From positions 2,837 to 66,836 of the forward strand of contig JAHFMX010000004.1 in assembly GCA_023267635.1 (NCBI GenBank): a stretch of 64,000 bases of DNA, given 5' to 3'. Under the pieces are notes generated by a model. It was not told the DNA's origin. It did not search any database and worked only from the letters and a program-made list of their open reading frames with translations. The translations under genes and the position numbers were made by a program. Shown here piece by piece: positions 54,697 to 63,831 of the stretch. How positions within the stretch are numbered: the first letter of the stretch is position 1; each line of letters begins with the position of its first letter. The DNA comes from a bacterium (GTDB lineage Bacteria; Patescibacteriota; Minisyncoccia; Phycocordibacterales; UBA5272).

Positions 54697-55578
54697 ATGG
54701 AAAATAATAATCTTATTGATGCTGAAATCGCTGAACTGGAAAATCTCATGAATGGGGTTGATTTTTGGAATGATAAAGAGAAGGCTCAGGACACTATCAA
54801 GAAGATAAAAGAACTAAAAGATAGACGTGATGGAGTTGGAGCTCTCGATAAAGGAAATGCAATTCTTACACTCTTAGCTGGAGCTGGAGGAGATGATAGC
54901 GAAGACTTCACTCGCATGTTGTTTGAAATGTATGACGCGTACTGTAAACGAAAAGGATATTCATATAGTGTTCTTCATGATAATAAAAATGAGCGTGGAG
55001 GATTTCGTAATCTTACGATAGAAATTGATGGCAAGAACGCCTATGGAAATTTGAAACAAGAATCAGGAGTACACAGACTCGTACGCATCTCACCATTTAA
55101 TGCACAAGCAAAGCGCCACACATCATTTGCTCTTGTGGAAGTGTTGCCTGTAATTCCAGCTGTTGAACAAACACCAATCGCTCCAGAAGATATTCGTATC
55201 GAAACATCTAAGTCATCTGGCCCTGGTGGGCAAAATGTGAACAAGCGAGAAACAGCAGTTCGTATTGTGCACATTCCTACAAATATCGCAGTTCATGTAG
55301 CAACAGAACGAGAACAAGAGCGCAACAAACAAAAAGCACTCGAAATTTTGGCTGCGAAATTGTACAAGATACAAGAAGAAGAGCGACAAGCAGAAATTGA
55401 AGGAAGGCAGATTAGTAAGACGATGGAAATAGAATGGGGGAATCAGATTCGCTCGTATGTTCTCCATCCGTATAAGATGGTGAAAGATCACAGAACAGAT
55501 GTGGAAACGAGTAACATCGAAGCGGTTCTTGAAAAAGGAGAGATCGATGAATTCATTGAAGCTGAAAAGAAGCTGTAA
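54697..55578 (+). CDS. prfB: peptide chain release factor 2 (N-terminally short, no programmed frameshift)
   Basis: GGQ (SGPGGQNVNK) and RF2-specific SPF (RISPFNAQ) motifs; 293 aa. Confidence 0.8.
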   Translation: MENNNLIDAEIAELENLMNGVDFWNDKEKAQDTIKKIKELKDRRDGVGALDKGNAILTLLAGAGGDDSEDFTRMLFEMYDAYCKRKGYSYSVLHDNKNERGGFRNLTIEIDGKNAYGNLKQESGVHRLVRISPFNAQAKRHTSFALVEVLPVIPAVEQTPIAPEDIRIETSKSSGPGGQNVNKRETAVRIVHIPTNIAVHVATEREQERNKQKALEILAAKLYKIQEEERQAEIEGRQISKTMEIEWGNQIRSYVLHPYKMVKDHRTDVETSNIEAVLEKGEIDEFIEAEKKL

Positions 55579-55621
55579 TTGACTCATTAGGTATAAAAAT
55601 GTAGGGTTATAGCAGTTGTTT

Positions 55622-55667
55622 CTATACCGAAGCGGACAGTGCGATTGCTTTGTCCGCTTCGGTATAG
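55622..55667 (+). other. 17-bp perfect stem-loop without T-tract
   Basis: CTATACCGAAGCGGACAgtgcgattgctttGTCCGCTTCGGTATAG between prfB and a GC-rich ORFan. Confidence 0.5.
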
Positions 55668-55706
55668 CCCATGTCGGGTCAGTACTATGAGGCAAGGAGA
55701 AATGAA

Positions 55707-56390
55707 ATGCAAAACATAATCGAACCCCGTCACGTGCTTGAACTTCAGGCAAAGCTGGGAGGTCAGGTCAATTGGTCCGAATTCAAGCCTACGGATATCC
55801 AGCCGATTATTGAATCGCCACGTCTCTCGGGTGTCCACTTTGAAGAGTTCATCCGCCAAGGTGGAAGAATGTCGCTTGAAGGGATACCAATTAAAGTCTT
55901 GAAAAGCTGGACTATCACCCCTGGCCCTACTCTTACGTGGGAGACCTGGGTGAGGTTTGCAAAAGAGGACGTTGGTAATTCAACTATTCTCTCAGGCTCT
56001 TACGACGGAATGGTGTTGTCGGATACCTTGCTTAAACCAAAAAATTTCACGATGAAGCCGAAGGTTCAGGTGCACATGCTCGAAGTTACCAGAAAGGAAG
56101 GCGTTCTGACCAAAAGGATGCTTGAACTCTTCGAACTACTCAACATGTACCCAAGCACAGTTCCTGAGGTGTTTACCGTCCTCAACAGCTTTGCCCCAGA
56201 GCTGCCCAAAGGTGCCGTCCTTCTCAACGCCTGCAAAAACGAAATCTACCAAAATGTGAAAAACATGTTGATAGAAGCGCAAGAGGGAGAGCAGAGGAGG
56301 CGCTATAGGTTTTCGGTTATCGGTGGGGATGTAGAGGACCTTGGTTGCTGGCATGACCATATGTATTACTTTGCTACGTCCTACGACTAA
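55707..56390 (+). CDS. hypothetical protein, GC-elevated, SD-bearing
   Basis: In-frame ATG with SD aaggag 7 nt upstream (ORF track used ATG 55671). Confidence 0.5.
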   Translation: MQNIIEPRHVLELQAKLGGQVNWSEFKPTDIQPIIESPRLSGVHFEEFIRQGGRMSLEGIPIKVLKSWTITPGPTLTWETWVRFAKEDVGNSTILSGSYDGMVLSDTLLKPKNFTMKPKVQVHMLEVTRKEGVLTKRMLELFELLNMYPSTVPEVFTVLNSFAPELPKGAVLLNACKNEIYQNVKNMLIEAQEGEQRRRYRFSVIGGDVEDLGCWHDHMYYFATSYD

Positions 56391-56402
56391 GCACGACACA
56401 AG

Positions 56403-56435
56403 AAACTCGCTCTTAGCACGGCGAGTTTTTATTTT
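56403..56435 (+). terminator. rho-independent terminator
   Basis: aaACTCGCtcttagcacgGCGAGTttttatttt. Confidence 0.55.
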
Positions 56436-56498
56436 GACTACTTAAGTGGAATATTCTTTGTACACAAGGTGTAATACTGAGTGTGATACAATAAATAT

Positions 56499-57179
56499 AT
56501 GCTCTACTTCGACAAAGTTTCAAAGGAATATGATAACGGTAATAAAGTCCTTGAAGATATTTCTCTCACGATTCACCCAGGTGAACTCGTATCAATTGTA
56601 GGTCACTCAGGCGCGGGTAAAACGACGCTTATCAAACTACTTCTCGCTGAAGAACATCCAACAGAAGGTAAGGTCTCTTTCCATTCAGAAGATATTCATA
56701 AATTAAAAGGATCTGGAATGACTAACTATCGCCGAAAGGTGGGTGTCGTGTTCCAGGATTTTCGTCTTATACCGAACAAGACAGCGTATGAGAACGTAGC
56801 GTTTGCTATGGAAGCAGCAGGGAAACATGATGAGGACATTATGGAAGACGTGCCACACGTTCTTGATCTTGTTGATTTGAAAGACAAGATGCATCATTTC
56901 CCCCATCAGCTTTCAGGAGGTGAACAGCAGCGTGTTGCTATTGCTCGTGCGATTATCAATCGTCCTGAAATTATTATTGCGGATGAACCAACAGGAAACC
57001 TTGACCCACTTAACACGTACGATATTGTTCAGATCTTGAAGAAGATTAATGATTTGGGTACAACAGTGATTCTCACTACTCACAACAAGGGAATTGTGGA
57101 CAATCTTGGTCGTCGTGTGATTACTATGGAAGATGGACGAGTGACTCGAGATCAGAAGTCTGGAAAGTTTACAATGTAG
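56499..57179 (+). CDS. ftsE: cell division ATP-binding protein FtsE
   Basis: ABC ATPase: Walker [10 protein letters not shown], signature LSGGEQQR, Walker B IIIADE. Confidence 0.85.
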   Translation: MLYFDKVSKEYDNGNKVLEDISLTIHPGELVSIVGHSGAGKTTLIKLLLAEEHPTEGKVSFHSEDIHKLKGSGMTNYRRKVGVVFQDFRLIPNKTAYENVAFAMEAAGKHDEDIMEDVPHVLDLVDLKDKMHHFPHQLSGGEQQRVAIARAIINRPEIIIADEPTGNLDPLNTYDIVQILKKINDLGTTVILTTHNKGIVDNLGRRVITMEDGRVTRDQKSGKFTM

Positions 57180-57192
57180 CTCTTTTTATTTT

Positions 57193-58122
57193 ATGAAAAC
57201 AACCCTTACACGACGAATAGTAACAGCAGGCCTACGCGGGTTTTATCGTAACCGTACTGTTTCTCTCTCTTCAATCTTTATTCTTACGATTACGCTTTCA
57301 ATTATTACAGCGTTTTATCTTTTCCATGCAATCTTTGCATACACACTCGATCAGGTAACGGAAAAGGTGGATGTGCGTATTTATTTCACAACTGACGCAA
57401 CAGAGGAACAGATAGGGGATGTAAAAGCCCGTCTGATGGGGCTCCCACAAGTAAAGTCAGTGACATACACCTCTCGTGATCAAGCGCTTACAGAATTCCG
57501 TGAAAAACATATAGGGGATCAGCTTACTATTCAAGCGCTTGATGAACTAGGAACAAATCCATTCGGTGCATCTCTCTCAGTGGTTGCAAAGGATACATCT
57601 CAGTATCAAGCAATTGCTGAACAGGTTTCCTCACCAGATTCAGGTTTGCTAGGTGGTGCTTCAGGATCAGTTGATAAGATTAACTACTATCAATTGAAAG
57701 ACAGTATCGATAAGCTCAATAATATTATCGGCTGGACAAACACGGTTGGATTCTGGCTTTCGATGATATTTATTCTTATGAGTTGTATGATCGTATACAA
57801 CACGATTAGATTGGCTATCTTCGTGTATCGAGATGAAATTGCAGTGATGAAGCTCGTTGGGGCATCAAACATGTTTATCCGTGGTCCGTTTATTGTAGAA
57901 GCGATATTGTACGCTCTCTCAGCTACGGTTGTGACTCTCGCTATCTTCTATCCAGCAACTATTTGGGTGACAAAGAAAACAGTGTTCTTCTTTGAAGGAA
58001 TGAATATTAATGCATACTTCCTCTCTCATTTCTTTGAGCTCACAGGACTTCTCCTTCTTGCTGGAATTGTGCTCGCAGTGATATCTTCCCTTCTTGCTGT
58101 TCGAAAGTATTTACAGATTTAA
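57193..58122 (+). CDS. ftsX: cell division permease FtsX
   Basis: N-terminal TM, periplasmic domain, 3 C-terminal TM; adjacent to ftsE. Confidence 0.8.
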   Translation: MKTTLTRRIVTAGLRGFYRNRTVSLSSIFILTITLSIITAFYLFHAIFAYTLDQVTEKVDVRIYFTTDATEEQIGDVKARLMGLPQVKSVTYTSRDQALTEFREKHIGDQLTIQALDELGTNPFGASLSVVAKDTSQYQAIAEQVSSPDSGLLGGASGSVDKINYYQLKDSIDKLNNIIGWTNTVGFWLSMIFILMSCMIVYNTIRLAIFVYRDEIAVMKLVGASNMFIRGPFIVEAILYALSATVVTLAIFYPATIWVTKKTVFFFEGMNINAYFLSHFFELTGLLLLAGIVLAVISSLLAVRKYLQI

Positions 58123-58126
58123 AATA

Positions 58127-58156
58127 TTGACAAAACACTATATATTGTGTTATAAT
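58127..58156 (+). promoter_or_regulatory. sigma70-type promoter (-35 TTGACA, 18-nt spacer, TGtTATAAT)
   Basis: TTGACAaaacactatatattgTGTTATAAT upstream of 58222 gene. Confidence 0.55.
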
Positions 58157-58221
58157 AATATTTGAATGTTTTGGCGATTTTGCCATTTTGAATCAATGCG
58201 CACAGCGCAAAGGAGAAAACT

Positions 58222-58626
58222 ATGGAACTGAACCAAGCGAAAATTGAGGTTTGCTTTCCTGGCACATTGCTGAAGATTTTTTGGCTAATTCTCCACCCGA
58301 TTTTGTGGGTGGGGGCGCTGATCATGGTGAGTGCTTACACATCACCCGTCAGCAAAATCATCTTCCTGGTTGCGGGACTGGTTTCTTTTGCCGCCTTGCT
58401 AGGAGTTTTCTTCGGAAGCTCATCCACTGTTCGCAAAGAATCTGGGTATGTCGCTGGCACCGTTGCTGCTGTGGCCGCCATGGTTTTGAGTTTTAGCGCG
58501 GCCACCTATTCAGCAACCGACAACTTCCCAGGCGAAAGCCTGATTGACAAAAGGGCAGCTGCCATACAGCAAGCCCCTGGTGGACAGTTTCGTGGTCAAG
58601 GTGCCACCGGCTCCATCAAACCCTGA
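58222..58626 (+). CDS. small membrane protein, GC-elevated
   Basis: 134 aa, 3 TM, Ala/Gly-rich tail. Confidence 0.5.
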   Translation: MELNQAKIEVCFPGTLLKIFWLILHPILWVGALIMVSAYTSPVSKIIFLVAGLVSFAALLGVFFGSSSTVRKESGYVAGTVAAVAAMVLSFSAATYSATDNFPGESLIDKRAAAIQQAPGGQFRGQGATGSIKP

Positions 58627-58642
58627 AGCACTTCGCTTCCAA

Positions 58643-58673
58643 AAGCCCTCGTCTACGGACGGGGCTTTTTTTA
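58643..58673 (+). terminator. rho-independent terminator
   Basis: aAGCCCtCGTCtacgGACGGGGCTttttttt. Confidence 0.6.
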
Positions 58674-58757
58674 TTCTCCATCACTTTTGTCACATCTAGA
58701 ACAATTGTTCTACTATCAACAGTCGTCCTTACTAACCTGAGGTATACTGTACTTCTC

Positions 58758-60413
58758 ATGACGCAGAAAACCGCTCTCGATATTCTTAAACTTGGACATA
58801 CGGTATTTCTCACTGGTGCAGCGGGAGCTGGTAAAAGTTACGCTCTGCGTGAATATATTACGTACCTTCGTAAACACGGTATTAAATTCGCTGTTACCGC
58901 TTCCACTGGAATTGCTTCAACACACATCGGTGGAACAACCATTCACGCATGGAGTGGTCTTGGTATTAAACAAAAACTCACCGCGTATGATTTGGATGAA
59001 TTAGAAGAGAAACCAAACGTGTACAAACGATGGAATGATACACAAGTGCTCATCATCGATGAAATCTCGATGCTTCACGCTTCACTTGTGGATATGTTGG
59101 ATAAAGCAGGGAAACATCTACGAAGAAGTGATAAACCGTTCGGTGGACTACAAGTAGTATTCACGGGGGATTTCTTTCAGCTTCCACCAGTAGTACGTAA
59201 TGGAAATGAATATGAAAGTACGGACGTGTTCGCGTTTATGTCTAAAGCATGGAAAGAAGCCAAGCCTGTAGTCTGCTATTTAACAGAACAGTTCCGCCAA
59301 GAAGATGATACGCTCACGAATATTTTAAATGCTATCCGTTCTGGTGAAGTAGAAGAGGATCATTACCTGACACTTAAAGAATCGAGTAACACGCCACACA
59401 CGGATGATCATATAAAACTCTACACGCACAATGAGAATGTGGATCTGATTAATAAGAAAGCCTTTGACGCGCTCGAGGGTGAAGTGAAGAGATTCGACAT
59501 GGTAACAAAAGGGAAAGGTCCTGTACTCGCGTCATTGAAGAATAATTGTTTGGCGGATGAAATATTGGAACTCAAAATCGGAGCGAAAGTTATTTGTATC
59601 AAGAATGATGCGGAGCGAAAGTATGTGAATGGCTCTATGGGAATCGTGGTTGATTTTGAAAAGGATAACAGCCCAGTGATTGCACTTCAAACAGGCAAAC
59701 GAGTGGTTATGAAAGCCGACACTTGGCGTGTGGAAGAGGACGGAAAAGTAAAAGCTGAGATATCGCAGTTACCTATTAAATTAGCCTGGGCAATCACGGT
59801 TCACAAGAGCCAAGGAATGACCCTTGATAGGGCACAAATTGACCTCAGCCGTGCGTTTGCTTCAGGGCAGGGATATGTTGCTCTTTCTCGATTAAAGAGC
59901 ATGGAAGGGCTGCATTTGGTTGGCTTCAATCCACAAGCACTTCAAATCTCGGAAGAGGTTCGAGAAGCAGATTATACTTTCCGCAGCAAGAGTGAACAGG
60001 CAGAATATGCCCTTGATAAATATACTGAAGACGATTTGAAAGTGCTCCATGAAAAGTTCCTCACGGAGAAAGGAGGAACGCTCGTAGAGTTGAGTGATTC
60101 TGAGGCGGATGAGATTCAAGAGAAGACACTCACCCATACGGTAACGCAAGAGATGTTAAAGATCGGCCTTACACTTCCAGAAATTGCAGAGCAGAGAAAT
60201 CTCTCAGTGGATACTATTATTGGACATATTGAGAAGCTGGTAGAAATGAAAGAAGAAGTGGTGTTGGACAAAGTGTTACCTCCTAAAAAAGATGTGACCG
60301 CAATCAAGAAAGCTTTTAAGACTCTAGAGACCACAAAGCTCACCCCGGTCTTCGATGAACTGGCTGGAAAATACACCTTTCACCAAATACGTTTGGTTCG
60401 AGCCACATTATAG
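58758..60413 (+). CDS. Pif1/RecD-family ATP-dependent DNA helicase with C-terminal HTH
   Basis: Walker A GAAGAGKSY; motif II LIIDEISM; SF1B motifs TVHKSQGMT; C-terminal helix-turn-helix region. Confidence 0.8.
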   Translation: MTQKTALDILKLGHTVFLTGAAGAGKSYALREYITYLRKHGIKFAVTASTGIASTHIGGTTIHAWSGLGIKQKLTAYDLDELEEKPNVYKRWNDTQVLIIDEISMLHASLVDMLDKAGKHLRRSDKPFGGLQVVFTGDFFQLPPVVRNGNEYESTDVFAFMSKAWKEAKPVVCYLTEQFRQEDDTLTNILNAIRSGEVEEDHYLTLKESSNTPHTDDHIKLYTHNENVDLINKKAFDALEGEVKRFDMVTKGKGPVLASLKNNCLADEILELKIGAKVICIKNDAERKYVNGSMGIVVDFEKDNSPVIALQTGKRVVMKADTWRVEEDGKVKAEISQLPIKLAWAITVHKSQGMTLDRAQIDLSRAFASGQGYVALSRLKSMEGLHLVGFNPQALQISEEVREADYTFRSKSEQAEYALDKYTEDDLKVLHEKFLTEKGGTLVELSDSEADEIQEKTLTHTVTQEMLKIGLTLPEIAEQRNLSVDTIIGHIEKLVEMKEEVVLDKVLPPKKDVTAIKKAFKTLETTKLTPVFDELAGKYTFHQIRLVRATL

Positions 60414-60439
60414 ATAATTAAGAAGTAATACAAATACAA

Positions 60440-60468
60440 AAGCACCCATAAAAGGGTGCTTTTGTATT
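60440..60468 (+). terminator. rho-independent terminator
   Basis: aaaGCACCCataaaaGGGTGCttttgtattt. Confidence 0.6.
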
Positions 60469-60471
60469 TGC

Positions 60472-60542
60472 TGGGGAACAGGGACTCGAACCCCAATACC
60501 ATCCTCCAGAGGGATGTGTCCTACCATTAGACGATTCCCCAA
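60472..60542 (-). tRNA. tRNA-Gln (CTG)
   Basis: Minus strand: U1-A72 acceptor TGGGGAA/TTCCCCA, short D-loop, anticodon stem CATCC/GGATG with loop CTCTGGA. Confidence 0.8.
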
Positions 60543-60682
60543 TATATGAGATTTTTTACCTCAATATGCACAACATAATACTATATTATAGAGCTTTTGG
60601 GAATCCCTCTTCTTCAAGGTGTTTTTGTTTTATATAAAATAGTTTTTAAGATAAACCACACCTTGTGCTATTGTTATGACAT

Positions 60683-61105
60683 ATGGAAAAACTAAAAAGT
60701 AGATTACAGGTGCTTCTTGGTCTCTCATTATTTTTTCCTGTTGTTATGCAGGCACTTTTTGATAAAGAAACAAGTGGGGTAAATCATCTTATTTTACAGT
60801 GGAGCACCGTAATTGCTGTCCTAATTGTTAATTATTTAATTATTGAGTACTTTACTCCGAAATTCTCAAAGAAGGTGGAGAAAATTCTAGACAGGGTTAT
60901 AGGTATAAACATTTTACTGTTTGTTCCAGTAATCATGATTTTAGCAACTAATCCTGTAAATATCGCTGGACTGGCTCGTGTCGGTCTAACTTTAAGTGTC
61001 TGGGGGATAATAACTTTACCCATAATTTTGTTAGTCTCCATGATTTTATATTTTGCAGTAAACGTATGGGTTCCTTATTTGGAGAAGAAAATAGGGTCTA
61101 TTTAA
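60683..61105 (+). CDS. hypothetical polytopic membrane protein (low-GC region)
   Basis: 140 aa, 4 hydrophobic helices. Confidence 0.5.
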   Translation: MEKLKSRLQVLLGLSLFFPVVMQALFDKETSGVNHLILQWSTVIAVLIVNYLIIEYFTPKFSKKVEKILDRVIGINILLFVPVIMILATNPVNIAGLARVGLTLSVWGIITLPIILLVSMILYFAVNVWVPYLEKKIGSI

Positions 61106-61173
61106 TTTCCATCTTGGTTGCATATAACACAACGTTTACTTGCTTTTGACTAGATTAGGCGTAGAATTGAGTC

Positions 61174-63183
61174 ATGATTTCGAATATTGCTGGGTATCAC
61201 ACAAAAGAAGAATGGTTTCTAGGGAAGGGTTCTTTTGGCTCAGTTTACAGAGCTGAAAAAGACGGCAAGTCATACGCAATTAAAATATTTCAGACAGAGT
61301 TTCTTAAGGATGAATATAAAAAGTTCTTAGATAGAGAAGTTGATGCTTTAAGGAAAATTGATCATCCCCAGGTTGTAAAATTTTACGAATCTGGTATTTT
61401 TTCAGATAAAGGATTCGATTATTTCTATATAGTTATGGATTTCATCGAAGGGAAGAAACTTTCTACTTATGTTGGAAGTGGAGACGAGAAGCTCATAGTG
61501 GGAATTATTGAATCTCTTCTTGTGCCCCTTGAAGCTATTCATGCTGGCGGGATACTTCACAGAGATCTGAAACCAGACAACATCATCATTGATCAAAAGG
61601 GAACACCAATTATTCTGGATTTTGGTTTATCTAAAATAATTGATTACACATCAATTATTCAAACAGGAGAATTTGCTGGGACATTCTATTTCATGTCTCC
61701 TGAGCAAATAGTAGATAGTAAAAATATAGATGCTCGTTCTGATTATTTTGCAGTAGGTGTAATTCTCTACCAGCTTCTTACGGGGTTATTGCCGTTCGAT
61801 GCGCCAAATATTCCCGCGTTAATCGAAGAGATACAAAAGAGGTATCCGAAAGCCCCATCTGATATTAATCCAAATATTAGCAATAAAACCGAGAACGTAA
61901 TATTAAAACTTCTTGAGAAACAGCCTTATTCTCGCTATCAATCGACCGCTGAGATTATTTCAGCATTTAGCGAGGAGATAATTTTAAGAAAAGCAAAGCT
62001 AGATTTAAGAATTCGTAATTATGTAAGGGTTCTTAATAACGAAAAAACTGTTTTTAAAAAAGCATCAGAGGCTGGTTTGATTAGCGAAGTTTTATATCCA
62101 GCTAATTTGTTTGCAAGCTATAAACCCACTGTTAAGGTCATACAGGATTCTAGACTTCCTTTCACTACAGATCCGTCCACTAATAGACTTAACTACCCAG
62201 CTTTTTCAAGTTCGCCTACACTACAAGAGCTACCATACTCATCGGGCAGCGACACAACCCCACTTCAGAAAAAAGATTTTCATTCTATTACACAAATTCA
62301 AGAATATGTAAAAAAGGTGATTGACCATCAAATTATGTATGGAGTTAATGAACTCGCAGCCCCTTTTTTCTTTGCAAAAGATCCATCGGATGAATGGTAT
62401 TCTATTAATCTTAAACTCCTCAAAGAGTCTATAGATTATAGAGATAAGAATCATTCTGAATTACCTCTCTGGGCGGGAATCTGTATGAATGTAGACGGTT
62501 GGCATGACGATGATATAAAAAACGAAATACTTAATAAGTATGTTAAGAATGCCCCAGATGGTTTTTTTGTATATGGTGATCCTGTCAGTAACAGTGCTAA
62601 TTTAGCTCAAGTTTTTCATTACTCAGACTTCTTAATAAAGTTACAAAAAGCATCTAATGTTCCTGTTATAACAGCAAGAGTGAACGGTTTAGGGCTAGTT
62701 TTGTTATGTCTAGGTTTATCTGGGATGTCGTGCGGTATTTCTGGGTTAGACAGTTTTCAAGAGGGACTGCTTTCAGATCAAAAAGAAGATACATATGGTA
62801 TGGACCCTAGATACTATATTCCTGAATTAATGTCTCTAGTAACTTTAAAAAAAGGCATTACAACAAAACTTAAAGATATTAATAAATCTAGTATTTCAGA
62901 AGCGTTGAAATGCCCATGTCCGTATTGTAAAGATATTTTAGAAGAAGAAGTTTTAATCTCTGAGCGAGTCAAGATGCATTTCCTTTATCGGAGAAAAGAA
63001 GAAATGGATACCATCAATTCACTTAATGAAGAAGAGAGACTTAAATATATAGAAGAGAGACTTGCTAAAGCTCTAGAGTATAAAAAAACACTTACAAAAG
63101 AAGGTTTTAAAATTAGTAGCGATTTTTCTCATTTAAATACTTGGAAATCTTTAATAGAGGAGTTTAAGAAATTAGGAGTGTAG
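61174..63183 (+). CDS. Ser/Thr protein kinase with large uncharacterised C-terminal domain
   Basis: Kinase subdomains: GKGSFGSVY, AIK, HRDLKPDNIII, DFGLSK, SPE; C-terminal ~400 aa with CPCPYC...H motif; 669 aa; low GC. Confidence 0.75.
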   Translation: MISNIAGYHTKEEWFLGKGSFGSVYRAEKDGKSYAIKIFQTEFLKDEYKKFLDREVDALRKIDHPQVVKFYESGIFSDKGFDYFYIVMDFIEGKKLSTYVGSGDEKLIVGIIESLLVPLEAIHAGGILHRDLKPDNIIIDQKGTPIILDFGLSKIIDYTSIIQTGEFAGTFYFMSPEQIVDSKNIDARSDYFAVGVILYQLLTGLLPFDAPNIPALIEEIQKRYPKAPSDINPNISNKTENVILKLLEKQPYSRYQSTAEIISAFSEEIILRKAKLDLRIRNYVRVLNNEKTVFKKASEAGLISEVLYPANLFASYKPTVKVIQDSRLPFTTDPSTNRLNYPAFSSSPTLQELPYSSGSDTTPLQKKDFHSITQIQEYVKKVIDHQIMYGVNELAAPFFFAKDPSDEWYSINLKLLKESIDYRDKNHSELPLWAGICMNVDGWHDDDIKNEILNKYVKNAPDGFFVYGDPVSNSANLAQVFHYSDFLIKLQKASNVPVITARVNGLGLVLLCLGLSGMSCGISGLDSFQEGLLSDQKEDTYGMDPRYYIPELMSLVTLKKGITTKLKDINKSSISEALKCPCPYCKDILEEEVLISERVKMHFLYRRKEEMDTINSLNEEERLKYIEERLAKALEYKKTLTKEGFKISSDFSHLNTWKSLIEEFKKLGV

Positions 63184-63831
63184 CGAAAGAAACTTTTCCA
63201 ACATAAGTTCTTTTGCATATATATTAATCTTACTTGCCGCAGTTTGTTGTGATTTTGGGTATTTAATTTCAATTGAGTTATTTTTAATATCAAAAAGAAT
63301 TAAACCTATATTACTTTTATTGAATTCATTGATATCTATATTTTTTTCTGCTTCTTTAAGAATTGCTAAGTAAGACTCATCAGCGAAGTATTGGTACCTT
63401 TTTGCTTGAAGTAAGCCATTTTTGTGATCAGTTAGTTTAACTTCAATTGCTATCACTTTCTTTATTTGCCCCAGGTTACTACTTGGGCATTTTTTAAAAT
63501 GGTTATTCGTTACTATTTCTATGTATTTGTTTTTTATTAAAAAATTTAATTGAGAAGATAAATGGCGTTTCTCTGTCACGTCTCCTAACGAAAGGACCTC
63601 TTCTTTAGAAAATTGATTCTTATGTATCGATAATAAGATTTTTAATGCATAAAAATTAGTAAGAGGAGCTCGACTGACCGCTTTTTTGGAGAAAGAAAAA
63701 TTACTAGCAAAAACTAGATCAGCAATACCGTAGCCAGCTGAAAACTCTTTAAATGATAGATTTGTGCCAAATTTTTTTCTTAAGATCTTATCGAGTTTCT
63801 CAACTAGAGTCTTCTCGTTAAAATTTTTCAT
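63172..63831 (-). CDS. hypothetical protein, possible PD-(D/E)xK nuclease fold
   Basis: 219 aa, low GC; candidate motif GIADLVF ... IAIEVKL (D...E.K). Confidence 0.35.
   Translation of the reverse strand: MKNFNEKTLVEKLDKILRKKFGTNLSFKEFSAGYGIADLVFASNFSFSKKAVSRAPLTNFYALKILLSIHKNQFSKEEVLSLGDVTEKRHLSSQLNFLIKNKYIEIVTNNHFKKCPSSNLGQIKKVIAIEVKLTDHKNGLLQAKRYQYFADESYLAILKEAEKNIDINEFNKSNIGLILFDIKNNSIEIKYPKSQQTAASKINIYAKELMLEKFLSLHS

Noticed and set aside
60472-60542. Classical integration of the low-GC kinase cluster at the tRNA-Gln 3' end
   Set aside because: - The tRNA is on the minus strand, so its 3' end faces the helicase gene, not the low-GC cluster.
- No direct repeat of the tRNA 3' end was seen downstream.
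- The island idea is kept only on compositional grounds.
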